Origin: Gammaproteobacteria bacterium
Lineage (GTDB): Bacteria; Pseudomonadota; Gammaproteobacteria; Tenderiales; Tenderiaceae
Assembly: GCA_016200485.1 (NCBI GenBank)
Contig: JACQEP010000007.1
Location: forward strand, 48,653-112,652
Length of the DNA: 64,000 nucleotides
Direction of reading: 5' to 3'
Within the stretch, counting starts at the first letter, position 1; every line of letters starts with the position of its first letter. The notes beneath the pieces were generated by a model. The model made no database searches. It saw nothing but the letters and a program-made list of their open reading frames with translations, and was not told where the DNA came from. The position numbers were made by a program, and so were the translations under genes. Of this stretch, positions 35,903 through 45,999 are shown piece after piece.

Positions 35903-37105
35903 TCAATCGCCGACTTGTTGCATGATCTGATCGGTCCAGCTAACGGCATCCAGATAGGCCTTGCTGATGTCGCTGGAATCAAGTTTGGCAAACGTTACCT
36001 CATCCCAGTTGCCGCGCTCGTAGTTGATGGTGCATTGCAGCGCATCTCGTTCCTGGCAGGGCTGGCCAAGTAATGCGTGTTTGATTTCCTGAATCAATGG
36101 CAGTGTCGACAGGGCTTCGCCCATCGGCATGTCCATCAAGGCATCAAGGGCGGAAAATAAACCGATGGTGAAATAAGTTTCACGCGATCCGCCACTCATG
36201 GCGCCGAGCTGCTCGCACATCTTGGCGCGAATAATGGCGGTGGCAATCAATTCACTGGGTTTGTCATCAATCTTCGACATCGCAATCAACGACGCCAGAT
36301 TAGTCACATTTTTGATGCCAAGATAAATAACCGCTTGATGAATGGATTCGATTTTTTTCGGCAAGCCAACGGCGGCGGAATTGATAAACCTCAGGATTTT
36401 ATAGCTGATGGCAACATCATTGCTGACCAGCTCGGCGATTTTCTTCAGATCGGCGTTGGGAGTATGCAGTTGCGCCAACAGGTTCATGATCACCAATCGA
36501 TTGGTCGGAACCGAGGTTTTTTGCAGGATGTTCGGGCGGCAGAAAAAATAGCCCTGAAAATAATCGAAGCCCAATTGTTTGGTAAATTCGAATTCCTCCT
36601 GCGTCTCAACCTTTTCTGCCAGCAACTTTACGCCAAAGGACCGTAGTTTGTCGTAATTGTATTTAATGGTGTCGCGATCCATGCCCAGAATGTCGACCTT
36701 GACGATCTTGGCCAAGGCAATCAGCGGCTTTAATTCATCGTGGTAACGAAAATCATCGAGGGCGATGGTAAAGCCATCGTCACCGAGTTTTTTAACGGCC
36801 GCCAGCACCTGATCGTCGACAGCGATATCTTCCAGTACTTCGAGTACGGATTGGGTTTTCGATAACGGAATCGGATAGTCGCCGACAATAAAGCTCCTGG
36901 GCAGATTAATGAAGGCCAAGGTGTCGCCAATCAGTTTTTCGAGGCCAAACTCGGTCAATGTGTTCATGATAACGTGCGAAGTGGCATGATCGTCGTCCAC
37001 GACGTTGGCGTCATCGCCGATGTTGGCGCGATATAAAAGTTCATACGCGTAAACGACCAGATCGCGGTCATAAATGGGTTGGCGCCCGATGAAGATTTCG
37101 CTCAT
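35903..37105 (-). CDS. EAL + HDOD domain protein (EAL signature reads YELLYR).
   Basis: EAL-domain N-terminus (GRQPIYDRDLVVYAYELLYR) and EAL loop region. C-terminal HDOD (LPKKIESIHQAVIYLGIKNVTNLA). Confidence 0.8.
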   Translation of the reverse strand: MSEIFIGRQPIYDRDLVVYAYELLYRANIGDDANVVDDDHATSHVIMNTLTEFGLEKLIGDTLAFINLPRSFIVGDYPIPLSKTQSVLEVLEDIAVDDQVLAAVKKLGDDGFTIALDDFRYHDELKPLIALAKIVKVDILGMDRDTIKYNYDKLRSFGVKLLAEKVETQEEFEFTKQLGFDYFQGYFFCRPNILQKTSVPTNRLVIMNLLAQLHTPNADLKKIAELVSNDVAISYKILRFINSAAVGLPKKIESIHQAVIYLGIKNVTNLASLIAMSKIDDKPSELIATAIIRAKMCEQLGAMSGGSRETYFTIGLFSALDALMDMPMGEALSTLPLIQEIKHALLGQPCQERDALQCTINYERGNWDEVTFAKLDSSDISKAYLDAVSWTDQIMQQVGD

Positions 37106-37108
37106 GGG

Positions 37109-37366
37109 CTAGTGGAGATGCGAGGGCACCGCCGGTGTGCGCAAGGGCTGAAGCAGGTATTCCAGCCCATTGAGTTTGATTTCATAGAGCATGCCCAGCA
37201 TGCGGCCGAGTTCGCCCGGGGGGAGGCCTTTGCGGGCAAACCAGGTGACATAGGTGTCCGGCAGGTCAATCAACAGTCGATCTTTGTATTTGCCAAAAGG
37301 CATGCGATAGCGGGCCAGTTTGAGCAGTTCGGCGGGGTCGGCATACAGCGAGGTCTGGTCGGCCAT
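37109..37366 (-). CDS. DUF3820-family protein.
   Basis: MPFGKYKDRLLIDLPDTYVTWFARKGLPPGELGRMLGMLYEIK. Confidence 0.7.
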   Translation of the reverse strand: MADQTSLYADPAELLKLARYRMPFGKYKDRLLIDLPDTYVTWFARKGLPPGELGRMLGMLYEIKLNGLEYLLQPLRTPAVPSHLH

Positions 37367-37474
37367 GGGTGTTACTATAGCCCGTTTCCTCGCGATTTCC
37401 CAAGAGGCAAACTATCTGGCGCGGGGATTTTGGTGTATTTTGCCGCATTACCTGCCACGAACCCCCAAGGATAA

Positions 37475-38029
37475 ATGATGACGACCACGGCCAATCCCCC
37501 GCTTTCCGATGACGAGCTGCAAGTGCTTGATGCCTTTTTGCTGGGCGAGACTGAAGCAGGCGAACGGTTGCCCTTGGAAGAGGTGCATGGTTATTTAACG
37601 GCCTTGATCGTGAGCCAAACCCTGTTGCCGGTGGAGGATTGGCTGACAGCGGTGTGGGGCGCGCCCCGCTTTGCCGATGCCGCTGAAGAGCAGTATCTGA
37701 CCGGTCTGATGCAACGATTGCGGCAGAATATTGAGGCGGGTTTGGCGGCAGGCCAGCGCTTTGAACCCCTGGTGATCGAGGAAGAGGAGGATGGCGAGAT
37801 CTTTGATTCCTACGAGGGCTGGTGTGTGGGCTTCATGCTGGCGGTGGCCGAACACTCTGAGGTGTGGGAAAAATTGCCTAAGCCTATGCGCGAATTGTTG
37901 CAGCCGATCGCCGCCCTGACTTTGACGGGCAGCGAGGAAGAGGCGGATCTTGATGAAGAAGAATACACACTCTGTGTCGAACTGTTGCCAGGGTCAGTGG
38001 CGGGGTTGTACGACTATTTTCGTCAGTAA
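37475..38029 (+). CDS. UPF0149 (YgfB/YecA-like) family protein.
   Basis: LSDDELQVLDAFLL...HGYLTALIVSQ...YEGWCVGFMLAV are UPF0149 hallmarks. Confidence 0.75.
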   Translation: MMTTTANPPLSDDELQVLDAFLLGETEAGERLPLEEVHGYLTALIVSQTLLPVEDWLTAVWGAPRFADAAEEQYLTGLMQRLRQNIEAGLAAGQRFEPLVIEEEEDGEIFDSYEGWCVGFMLAVAEHSEVWEKLPKPMRELLQPIAALTLTGSEEEADLDEEEYTLCVELLPGSVAGLYDYFRQ

Positions 38030-38048
38030 TTAAAATTACTTTATCAGA

Positions 38049-38360
38049 TTGATTTCAGAAGAGTTATTCTTGCTGCTTGCGCTCGTCGCCGCAGTTGCCC
38101 TGTGGTGGGACGGGCAGCGTGCGCGGGAACGGGCCAGTGATTACGCCCGTCGGCGTTGCCAAGAGGTGGGCGTGATTTTTCTTGATGATACGGTAGCGCT
38201 TACCCGCTTCCGAACGCGGCGCAGCACCGATGGCCGGGTCAGGCTTTATCGCGAATACCGCTTCGAGTTTAGTGGCGATGGCAATCGGCGAGCACATGGC
38301 GTGGTGACGGTTTTTGGCGGACGGGTGACCCATTGTGAGATGGATGCCTACCCGGTTTAG
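38049..38360 (+). CDS. DUF3301 domain protein (N-terminal TM).
   Basis: TM, then RRRCQEVGVIFLDDTVALTRFRTRRSTDGRVRLYREYRFEFSGDGNRRAHGVVTVFGGRV. Confidence 0.65.
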   Translation: MISEELFLLLALVAAVALWWDGQRARERASDYARRRCQEVGVIFLDDTVALTRFRTRRSTDGRVRLYREYRFEFSGDGNRRAHGVVTVFGGRVTHCEMDAYPV

Positions 38361-38763
38361 TCGCCCATTCCCTGTCTCTAGGGGTGGTGCAGCATTTTCA
38401 CTTCATTATTACCCTCAAGCTCGCCGCCACCACCGAGGGTGGCACACCCGAGGCGAAGAGCAGGGGACCCGATGAATATCGGGGATGCGACCGCCGGTGG
38501 GGGTGCGATCCCCACTGACGTGGGGCCCCTCCTCCGCCTCTCGGAGCGGCTAGTTGTTTGATTTTAGGTAAAAAGTTATAATGTACAGTCTGTTTTATCC
38601 CTTCCTTCCCTGTTGGGGGCGGGAACTTACAACGTCGAATTGTTGTTGTGCCGTGGTTGGATTGATTCGGTCGGGGCTGAATGCATACATTGAAGGGCGA
38701 GCGCCCATAGCAGTGCAAGGCATCGTACATAGTGGTGATGCTGAAAATCAATCGAGGGCAATT

Positions 38764-38994
38764 ATGGATAAGAATCGGATCTTCTACTGCCAACCGCAGC
38801 GGGCGTACATGAGCGTCGGCAATTGCAACGAATTGCGGAGTCGCCCTACTGGTAAAGCGGCCATTGGTGCGCAACCGCGGTTGATGGCGTGTGAACGCTG
38901 CTCCATGTATCCGATGGTGGACAAGAACAAAGTGCCTACCGTTACGCTGACAGAATATCTGGGCGGCGCCAAGCCGGCCGGTCTCAGCGGGTAA
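38764..38994 (+). CDS. Hypothetical 76-aa Cys-containing (CxxC plus two further Cys) small protein upstream of rep.
   Basis: GAGGG 8 nt before the ATG. Four Cys residues arranged as a possible zinc ribbon. No family recognised. Confidence 0.25.
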   Translation: MDKNRIFYCQPQRAYMSVGNCNELRSRPTGKAAIGAQPRLMACERCSMYPMVDKNKVPTVTLTEYLGGAKPAGLSG

Positions 38995-39168
38995 CCGAAG
39001 AATTCTGCTCGAACCGCCAAGGACGCCAAGGCGTTCGAGCACTAAAATTTTCTTTGCTGCGTCTGACGAATGAGCGAGTTACTTCCGTTAGCTACAAAAA
39101 TTAATTTCGCGTTTATTTGCGTTTTTTGCGGATAATCACCGTTTTTAGGTTAAGGGTCGCAGTTCCTC

Positions 39169-41181
39169 ATGTCTCAACTCAATCCCCGTCAGCGCCAGGC
39201 CGTGCGACACTTGGATGGCCCGTTGTTGGTGCTGGCCGGTGCCGGCAGCGGTAAAACGCGCGTCATCACCCAAAAGATCGCCCACCTGATTAAGGAATGT
39301 GGCATCCCACCGAAAAATATTGCGGCCGTCACCTTTACCAACAAGGCGGCGCGCGAGATGAAGAGCCGTGTCGGCGAATTGCTCAAGGGCAAAGAGGCGC
39401 ATGGCTTGCAGGTGTCGACGTTTCATACGCTGGGGCTGAACATTATCCGCGCCGAGTTAAAGGCGCTGGGCTATAAACCAGGCTTTACCATTTTTGATTC
39501 GCAGGATAGCGCGACATTAATTAAAGAAATGCTGCGTCGCGACTATGGTGAAGACGGCGGTGTGGTGGATCAAACGCGGTGGCAGATCTCGCGCTGGAAA
39601 AGCAATCTGTTGATGCCGGAAGAAGCGCTGGTTGAGGCCAATAACGATGCGGCATTGAACGGTATGGCGCAGCTCTACGCCCAGTATCAACGGTCATTGA
39701 AGGCTTACAATGCCGTCGATTTCGATGACTTGATTCTGTTGCCGGTGCGACTGTTTCAGCAGGATGCGGCGGCCAAAGAGCGCTGGCAAAACAAGATCCG
39801 TTATTTGCTGGTCGATGAATATCAGGATACCAATTCCACGCAATATCAATTGGTGAGGCTGCTCACGGGCGTGCGTGGCGCACTCACTGTGGTCGGCGAT
39901 GACGATCAATCGATTTATGCCTGGCGTGGCGCGCAGCCGGAGAATCTGTTGCTGCTGAAAAACGATTTTCCGAATCTGGAAGTGATCAAGCTGGAACAGA
40001 ATTACCGCTCTACCGGCCGTATCCTCAAGGCTGCCAACCAGTTGATCAGCAACAATCAACATGTGTTTGAAAAAACGCTGTGGAGCGAGTTGGGATATGG
40101 CGATCCCATTCGCGTGATTACCTTGCGCAACGATGAACATGAATCGGAGCAGGTAGTGTCTGAAATCATCAGCCACAAATTCAAGCATCGCACCGAATAT
40201 CGCGACTATGCGATTCTTTATCGCGGCAACCATCAATCGCGCTTGTTTGAACGTGCCTTGCGTGAACAGAAAATTCCGTATTACCTAAGCGGCGGCGCAT
40301 CGTTTTTTAGTCAACCCGAAGTCAAGGATATCCTTTCCTATTTGCGTTTGTTGGTGAATCCCGATGACGACGCCGCGTTTCTGCGGGTGGTGAATACGCC
40401 GCGGCGTGAGATCGGTACCACGACCTTGGAAAAATTGGGCACCTATGCCTCGGAACGAGGCAATAGTCTGTTTGCGGCCAGCTTCGAATTGGGAGTCGAG
40501 CAGCATTTGAGTGAGCGCGCGCTGCAGCGCTTGCGGCAGTTCACGCAATGGCTGGTAGAGGTGAGCGATCGCGCCGAGCGCGGCGATCCCATCGCTACGG
40601 TTAAAGACATGTTGCGTGAAATCAATTACGAGGCCTGGCTCAATGACACCTGCAAGGATCTGAAGCAGGCCGAGAAAAAAATGGCCAATGTTTACGAATT
40701 GGTCGCCTGGATGCAGCGCTTATACGAACAGGATACTGAGGAAAAAACCATTGCTGATCTGGTGGCACATATGAGCCTGATGGATATCCTGGAGCGGCAA
40801 GAGGATGACAAGTCCGGCGATCAGGTGCACCTGATGACCCTGCACGCCGCCAAAGGCTTGGAGTTTCCTCATGTTTACCTGGTGGGCATGGAGGAAGAGC
40901 TGCTGCCGCATCGTACCAGTATCGTGGAAAACAGCCTCGAAGAAGAGCGGCGACTGGCCTACGTCGGCATCACCCGCGCCCAGAAGACACTTACCTTTAC
41001 TCTTTGCGCCCGCCGCAAACGTGGCGGTGAGCTGGCTGCCGTCGAGCCGAGCCGGTTTTTACAGGAGCTGCCCGAAGACGATCTCGAGTGGCGGGGTATC
41101 GGGCAAGTGGTAAGTGTCGAAGAGCGGCAAGAGCGCGGTCAGGCGCATCTGGCCAATTTGCGGGGCATGCTCAAAATCTAG
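39169..41181 (+). CDS. rep: ATP-dependent DNA helicase Rep (UvrD/Rep superfamily 1).
   Basis: N-terminus MSQLNPRQRQAVRHLDGPLLVLAGAGSGKTRVITQKIAHLI. 670 aa, matching Rep length rather than UvrD. Confidence 0.88.
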   Translation: MSQLNPRQRQAVRHLDGPLLVLAGAGSGKTRVITQKIAHLIKECGIPPKNIAAVTFTNKAAREMKSRVGELLKGKEAHGLQVSTFHTLGLNIIRAELKALGYKPGFTIFDSQDSATLIKEMLRRDYGEDGGVVDQTRWQISRWKSNLLMPEEALVEANNDAALNGMAQLYAQYQRSLKAYNAVDFDDLILLPVRLFQQDAAAKERWQNKIRYLLVDEYQDTNSTQYQLVRLLTGVRGALTVVGDDDQSIYAWRGAQPENLLLLKNDFPNLEVIKLEQNYRSTGRILKAANQLISNNQHVFEKTLWSELGYGDPIRVITLRNDEHESEQVVSEIISHKFKHRTEYRDYAILYRGNHQSRLFERALREQKIPYYLSGGASFFSQPEVKDILSYLRLLVNPDDDAAFLRVVNTPRREIGTTTLEKLGTYASERGNSLFAASFELGVEQHLSERALQRLRQFTQWLVEVSDRAERGDPIATVKDMLREINYEAWLNDTCKDLKQAEKKMANVYELVAWMQRLYEQDTEEKTIADLVAHMSLMDILERQEDDKSGDQVHLMTLHAAKGLEFPHVYLVGMEEELLPHRTSIVENSLEEERRLAYVGITRAQKTLTFTLCARRKRGGELAAVEPSRFLQELPEDDLEWRGIGQVVSVEERQERGQAHLANLRGMLKI

Positions 41182-41292
41182 CCGATAGACCTTTTATCAG
41201 CAAACCGGTATCCTAGCCGGCCATTCTGGGGAGGGCTCCCCGTAAATGGGTTGCTGAAGGCAGCCATCAAAAATGTCATAATGTCACATCAC

Positions 41293-41369
41293 GCGCCCGT
41301 AGCTCAGCTGGATAGAGCGCAGCCCTCCGGAGGCTGAGGTCAGGGGTTCGAATCCCTTCGGGCGCGCCA
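41293..41369 (+). tRNA. tRNA-Arg (anticodon CCG).
   Basis: GCGCCCGTAGCTCAGCTGGATAGAGCGCAGCCCTCCGGAGGCTGAGGTCAGGGGTTCGAATCCCTTCGGGCGCGCCA is near-identical to E. coli tRNA-Arg(CCG). Cloverleaf intact. CCA encoded. Confidence 0.93.
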
Positions 41370-41533
41370 TCTCTTTAAAATTCCAGCTACTTATATCCCT
41401 CTTCCACTTGTCGCCAATCATGGCAAATAAAGCAGCAGCGTTGCTGCGTATAAATTGATCGCCAAGACAAATTAGTCTGCGTGTTGTTGAAAAGCAAAAG
41501 ATATAAACAGCATAATCGATTCAGTTAATCATT

Positions 41534-44440
41534 ATGGATGGCACATGGCACATGGCACCTGCGCGTACACCAATGGGATTTTGGCGTTATCTGGCGATCA
41601 CGGCAGTGCCGATGAGCATTTTGTTGGCAATGGGGTTTCATAGTGTTGCCAATCTTCGCGATGCTATCGACGAGACCAAACGGGAGCTTGAGGGGGTGCA
41701 TCAGGAAGGAGCTCTCTTTGATGTCGCCATTTTATTACAGCAAATACGAATTCAATGGGCGTTACCGCAGGCAGAGTCTGAGCGCACAAAAAAAGTTAAT
41801 GAACTTATGCGGCAGACGCTTGCCATTATCGATGCAGCTGTTGCTGAGGGGCATTCTGAAAAGCTACGCGTGCGCGATGGCCAGGAGATGATAAAGAAAA
41901 AGGCATTTGAATTGGCGCAAAATTCTGAAGGGGCGGCGGGTGCGAAAGAAAAACTAGACGCATATTCCGAGCTTATTGTTGAGTTGCATTTGTTGATGCG
42001 TGAGGTGGCAAACGGCTCGCAGCTAGTGTTGGATCCCGAAATGAAAAGCCATTACCTGATGGATTTGGTGGTGGTGCGTTTCCCGGGATTGGTGGAGTCT
42101 CTCGAAAGATTGCAGATATTACATGTGCGCGCACATCAAATTTCAGGAGAGGATCAAGAAATATTAGGTCGCAAGTTGTATGGTGTGATTAAGGAGTATG
42201 AGAGACAAGCGAGAGTGATCAGAAGTAATTTACAAATTCTTGACGATCGGGGGGTTGGTGGGTGGGGCAGTGAGCTCAAATCATTGCGCCAGATGTTAAC
42301 GACCACAGACAAATATGTTGCCATGATCGGCAAGGGGGTTGACAAGACGCGGCACGAAACCATTTTTAAGATGGGCGAAGATGCGATCAGTGGTGCAAGA
42401 AAAGCTTATCGAGAAGTAGCGCAGGATCTCAACATTTCATTGCAGTCCAGGGTTTCGGATCAGAATGAAGAATTGATATTGATTCTGGTGGGAGCTGGGA
42501 TCGCATTTCCTTTGCTATTGGTGGGGGCGGTAAGCATGTACCGGCGCACCGGAAATGAGTTTGAGGCCGCTGAACAGGCATTGCAGCGATTAAAAAGCTC
42601 AGAGACGAGGCAGCGGATCGTGGTTGAAAACATGGTTGATGGTTTGATTGCCATTGATGAGTATGGCTTGATACAGGAATTTAATCCGGCTGCAGAGCGC
42701 ATATTTGGCTATAAGTCGGATGAAGTGATCGGGAAGAATGTCAATATGCTGATGCCGGAGCCATATACGGCGGAGCATGATCAATATCTGGATAATTATC
42801 AACAAACAGGCAAAGCGAAAATCATTGGTATTGGGCGTGAGGTTGAGGGGAAGCGTAAGGATGGTAGTACCTTTCCTATCGATCTGGCGGTCAGCGCCAT
42901 GAATCTTGATGGCAAGAAATTCTATAGTGGCATTGTGCGCGACATTACTGAACGCAAGCGCATCGATAAGATGAAAAATGAATTCGTATCAACAGTGAGC
43001 CATGAGTTGCGCACGCCATTAACCTCCATACGTGGCGCTTTGGGTTTGATGGCGGGTGGGGCCGCTGGCGAAATTCCGCCTAAAATGAATGAGATGCTTA
43101 AGATTGCCACAAGTAATACGGAGCGCCTGTTGCTACTGATTAACGACATCCTCGATTTGCAGAAAATTGAATCGGGAAAAATGGCGTTTAAATTCGATGA
43201 AATCGAGTTGGCAACATTGCTCAAACAAGCCGTGGAGGAGCATCAGGCCTATGCTACGCAGCGTGGAGTGAGTTTTGTGATTACACGTATGATAGAAGGC
43301 GCTCACCTTTACGCGGATCGCAATCGTATGATGCAGGTGATGGGGAATCTGATGTCCAATGCCGCCAAGTTCTCAGAAGAAGGCGCAAAGATAGAGATTA
43401 GCGCGGTAAGACAGGGTAAAGATGCAGCGCGGATAACGGTTACCGATTATGGGACTGGTATTCCGGATGAATTCCAGGGCCAGGTGTTTGAGCGCTTCAC
43501 GCAGTCTGATTCGTCGGATACTCGCAAAAAAGGCGGGACAGGCCTGGGGTTGGCGATCGCTAAAGTGATTGTTGAAAAGCATGGCGGCCGTATCAGTTTC
43601 ATCAGTCGTGTTGGTGTGGGGACGAGTTTTATGATTGATTTGCCGGTCATGTTGGGGGCGAGTAAATCAATTAAAACAAAGAATCTGGAAGAGATATGGA
43701 ACGAGAAAACGCCGCGAGTCTTGATTGTTGAAGATGATCCGGATGTGGCGGTATTGATTCAAAGAATGCTGGCTGAGGCAGGCTACGATAGCGATATTGC
43801 TTATGATGCAGTGCAGGCGCGGGAGTTGATTCGCAAGCGAGGGCATGCCTACAGGCTGATAACATTGGATATCATGCTGCCAGGTGAGGATGGGGTGTCA
43901 TTTCTGGTGAGTTTGCGGAATGATGCTTCGGCGCGTGACATCCCTGTGGTCGTGGTGTCGGCAAAAGCGGATGAGGCGAAGCGCGAGCTCAACGGTGGGG
44001 CCATTGGCGTATTGGACTGGATGGATAAGCCCTTCGATCAGCAGCGTCTGATCGCTGTGGTCAGGCAGGCCTCAAAAAATGGGCGGCGGCCACGTGTGCT
44101 GCATGTGGAAGATGAGCTGGATATTTTCAGGATTGTGAGTAACGTCCTGGGGGATAGTTGTGAGCTGGTGAGTGCCCCGACCTTGGAGGAGGGAAGGAAA
44201 CTGCTTGAGTCTGAGCGTTTTGATCTTGTGTTGCTGGATGTGGGGCTGCCGGACGGTTCGGGATTGGATCTGCTTGACATCATCGAGCGCCGGGTTGTGC
44301 CGCCACGGGTGATCATATTTTCAGCGCACGATGTCAGTCATGAATACGCAGCGAAGGTGGCCGGGGTGTTGGTGAAGTCGAAAACAACCAATAGCGAGTT
44401 GCGTGATTTGATTGCAGCGACAATTGAAGCGCAACAATGA
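41534..44440 (+). CDS. Hybrid sensor histidine kinase/response regulator: periplasmic sensor, PAS, HisKA, HATPase and two receiver domains.
   Basis: Two TM segments flanking a ~280-aa sensor region. PAS region (LIAIDEYGLIQEFNPAAERIFGYKSDEVIGKNVNMLMP). H-box STVSHELRTPLTSI. G-boxes. Two REC domains each with a conserved Asp (LDIMLPGEDG, LDVGLPDGSG). Confidence 0.88.
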   Translation: MDGTWHMAPARTPMGFWRYLAITAVPMSILLAMGFHSVANLRDAIDETKRELEGVHQEGALFDVAILLQQIRIQWALPQAESERTKKVNELMRQTLAIIDAAVAEGHSEKLRVRDGQEMIKKKAFELAQNSEGAAGAKEKLDAYSELIVELHLLMREVANGSQLVLDPEMKSHYLMDLVVVRFPGLVESLERLQILHVRAHQISGEDQEILGRKLYGVIKEYERQARVIRSNLQILDDRGVGGWGSELKSLRQMLTTTDKYVAMIGKGVDKTRHETIFKMGEDAISGARKAYREVAQDLNISLQSRVSDQNEELILILVGAGIAFPLLLVGAVSMYRRTGNEFEAAEQALQRLKSSETRQRIVVENMVDGLIAIDEYGLIQEFNPAAERIFGYKSDEVIGKNVNMLMPEPYTAEHDQYLDNYQQTGKAKIIGIGREVEGKRKDGSTFPIDLAVSAMNLDGKKFYSGIVRDITERKRIDKMKNEFVSTVSHELRTPLTSIRGALGLMAGGAAGEIPPKMNEMLKIATSNTERLLLLINDILDLQKIESGKMAFKFDEIELATLLKQAVEEHQAYATQRGVSFVITRMIEGAHLYADRNRMMQVMGNLMSNAAKFSEEGAKIEISAVRQGKDAARITVTDYGTGIPDEFQGQVFERFTQSDSSDTRKKGGTGLGLAIAKVIVEKHGGRISFISRVGVGTSFMIDLPVMLGASKSIKTKNLEEIWNEKTPRVLIVEDDPDVAVLIQRMLAEAGYDSDIAYDAVQARELIRKRGHAYRLITLDIMLPGEDGVSFLVSLRNDASARDIPVVVVSAKADEAKRELNGGAIGVLDWMDKPFDQQRLIAVVRQASKNGRRPRVLHVEDELDIFRIVSNVLGDSCELVSAPTLEEGRKLLESERFDLVLLDVGLPDGSGLDLLDIIERRVVPPRVIIFSAHDVSHEYAAKVAGVLVKSKTTNSELRDLIAATIEAQQ

Positions 44441-44444
44441 AGAA

Positions 44445-44903
44445 TTAAATATTGCTGTTCCAGAGAATCTGTTTCAGGAGGTTGTCGGATTCATTGAGGC
44501 GGCTGGCGATCTGGCGTGCAATGCGGCGCATGATGCGGAAACCTTCTGGTTTGCGCTCCAGAAACGACATAAAACGCGGGCCATTGACGCGGATAACTTC
44601 GACTTCGCCCACTGCTTTTACAGTAGCCGTCCGGCGGACATTGAGCAGCCAGCTGACTTCCCCTAATAACTCCTTATCTTCTCGCGATAAAACGGCCTCG
44701 CCACTCGCTAAAGGAGTGGTGTTGGAAGTGATTTCAACATTGCCACGGATCAGAAAAAAAAGATCGAAGGACTCGTTCACCTTCTCCGCGATGATGGTTT
44801 CTCCATTTTCTAGGACAATGGATTGACACAGCAGGGATATATCGACCAGGACAGCGTGATCCAGTCCCTTGAAAATAGAAACCTTTTCTAATTTATCGAT
44901 CAT
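44445..44903 (-). CDS. Cyclic nucleotide-binding domain protein.
   Basis: cNMP-binding fold (IFKGLDHAVLVDISLLCQSIVLENGETIIAEKVNESFDLFFLIRGNVEI). Start chosen at MIDKLEK. Confidence 0.7.
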   Translation of the reverse strand: MIDKLEKVSIFKGLDHAVLVDISLLCQSIVLENGETIIAEKVNESFDLFFLIRGNVEITSNTTPLASGEAVLSREDKELLGEVSWLLNVRRTATVKAVGEVEVIRVNGPRFMSFLERKPEGFRIMRRIARQIASRLNESDNLLKQILWNSNI

Positions 44904-45008
44904 GTAGGCAGGTTTTAAGCGGCACGCCCAGGCGGCGATTATTTTTGTTATCGGCTCAGCGGCGGCAGTCTTAAGGACAGCCGCCGCCAAAAGTGGTGGG
45001 GTTGCGGG

Positions 45009-45566
45009 TTACCAGGTCCAGCGGCCGTGACCGGGGACATCGACAGTGTCGTCGTCAAAATTGCCCTTGGCGGCTTCGGTGTGGCACTTGTCGCAGAAGC
45101 TGAGTGATTTGACCTTGGGACCTTTGATCAGATTCTCAGGAATATCATGGTGTTTACGCTTGATGTAAGGCGTTTCGATAATGCGTAGCGGGGCATCGCC
45201 GTCCTTGAGCGAGGCCATGATCTTCTTGGAACGTTTGTAAGCAGATTTTTCTGCTGAACCTGCGACCAAGAGGTTGAGTAGTTTTGTGCGAGTGTCTTCA
45301 GGAAGTTCGGCATTCTCGCCGAAGTGATCTGAAAGCGCATCTGCGGCCATTAATTTGCGCCAGGATTGCTCAGGTAACAGGCCGGGCTGATAGGCAAAGT
45401 GACAGGAACCACATTCTTCGTTGTAAGTGGCGTCAGTGATGGGGGCAACTTCCTTTTTGCGCGACAGCGAAAGAAAATCAGACCAGGAACCTTCCGCCAG
45501 GGCAGTGCCAGTGCTGCTGATCAGTAATGCCGCAGTGACTGCCAGAATAGTCGATTTGCTTTTCAT
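45009..45566 (-). CDS. Periplasmic dihaem cytochrome c.
   Basis: Signal peptide. Two CxxCH motifs (CGSCH, CDKCH). Confidence 0.8.
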   Translation of the reverse strand: MKSKSTILAVTAALLISSTGTALAEGSWSDFLSLSRKKEVAPITDATYNEECGSCHFAYQPGLLPEQSWRKLMAADALSDHFGENAELPEDTRTKLLNLLVAGSAEKSAYKRSKKIMASLKDGDAPLRIIETPYIKRKHHDIPENLIKGPKVKSLSFCDKCHTEAAKGNFDDDTVDVPGHGRWTW

Positions 45567-45583
45567 AGGTCCTCAATCCTTGG

Positions 45584-45979
45584 TTAGAAACTGGAGAGAT
45601 AAGTGAGAAGATCACCTTTCTCCTGGTTGGTGCATTCCTGACCGTACGTCCATTTGCAATTGCGGGTAAACCACTTTTCAATCTTTTTGGGATCGTTGAA
45701 GCGATCTTTGTTGACGGTCATCGCCATCGGGTCAATTACCTTGCCGCTCTTGGCATGTTTGCCGGATTTGGTCATGTCCTTGTTGTGGCAGGTGGTGCAT
45801 TCACGCTCTTTGCCATCTTCGCTGCTGACTGTTTTTTTGGTCCACAACTCTTTACCTCTGTCGGCGCTAAATGTCAGCTTGCCGCCGGGATTGTAGTTTT
45901 GGATCATATCATTGATGCCAGCCTGACCAGCAAAAGGGAACAACAAACATAATGCAACAGCCCACATCTTGATCTTCAT
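45584..45979 (-). CDS. DUF1924-type monohaem cytochrome c.
   Basis: Signal peptide. CTTCH haem motif. AGAGGA RBS before MKIKMW. Confidence 0.7.
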   Translation of the reverse strand: MKIKMWAVALCLLFPFAGQAGINDMIQNYNPGGKLTFSADRGKELWTKKTVSSEDGKERECTTCHNKDMTKSGKHAKSGKVIDPMAMTVNKDRFNDPKKIEKWFTRNCKWTYGQECTNQEKGDLLTYLSSF

Positions 45980-45999
45980 AAAATCCTCTGCTCGTTGTG

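Noticed and set aside
38361-38600. 6S RNA (ssrS) near the UPF0149/ygfB-like gene
   Set aside because: No convincing 6S-like large central bubble, and no sequence similarity I could verify by eye. I left it as unassigned structured DNA.
38398-39042. 214-aa minus-strand ORF in the gap upstream of rep
   Set aside because: The translation is Arg/Pro/Gly-rich low complexity with no motif, and it is antisense to the GC-rich hairpin segment. I judged it a GC-driven open frame.
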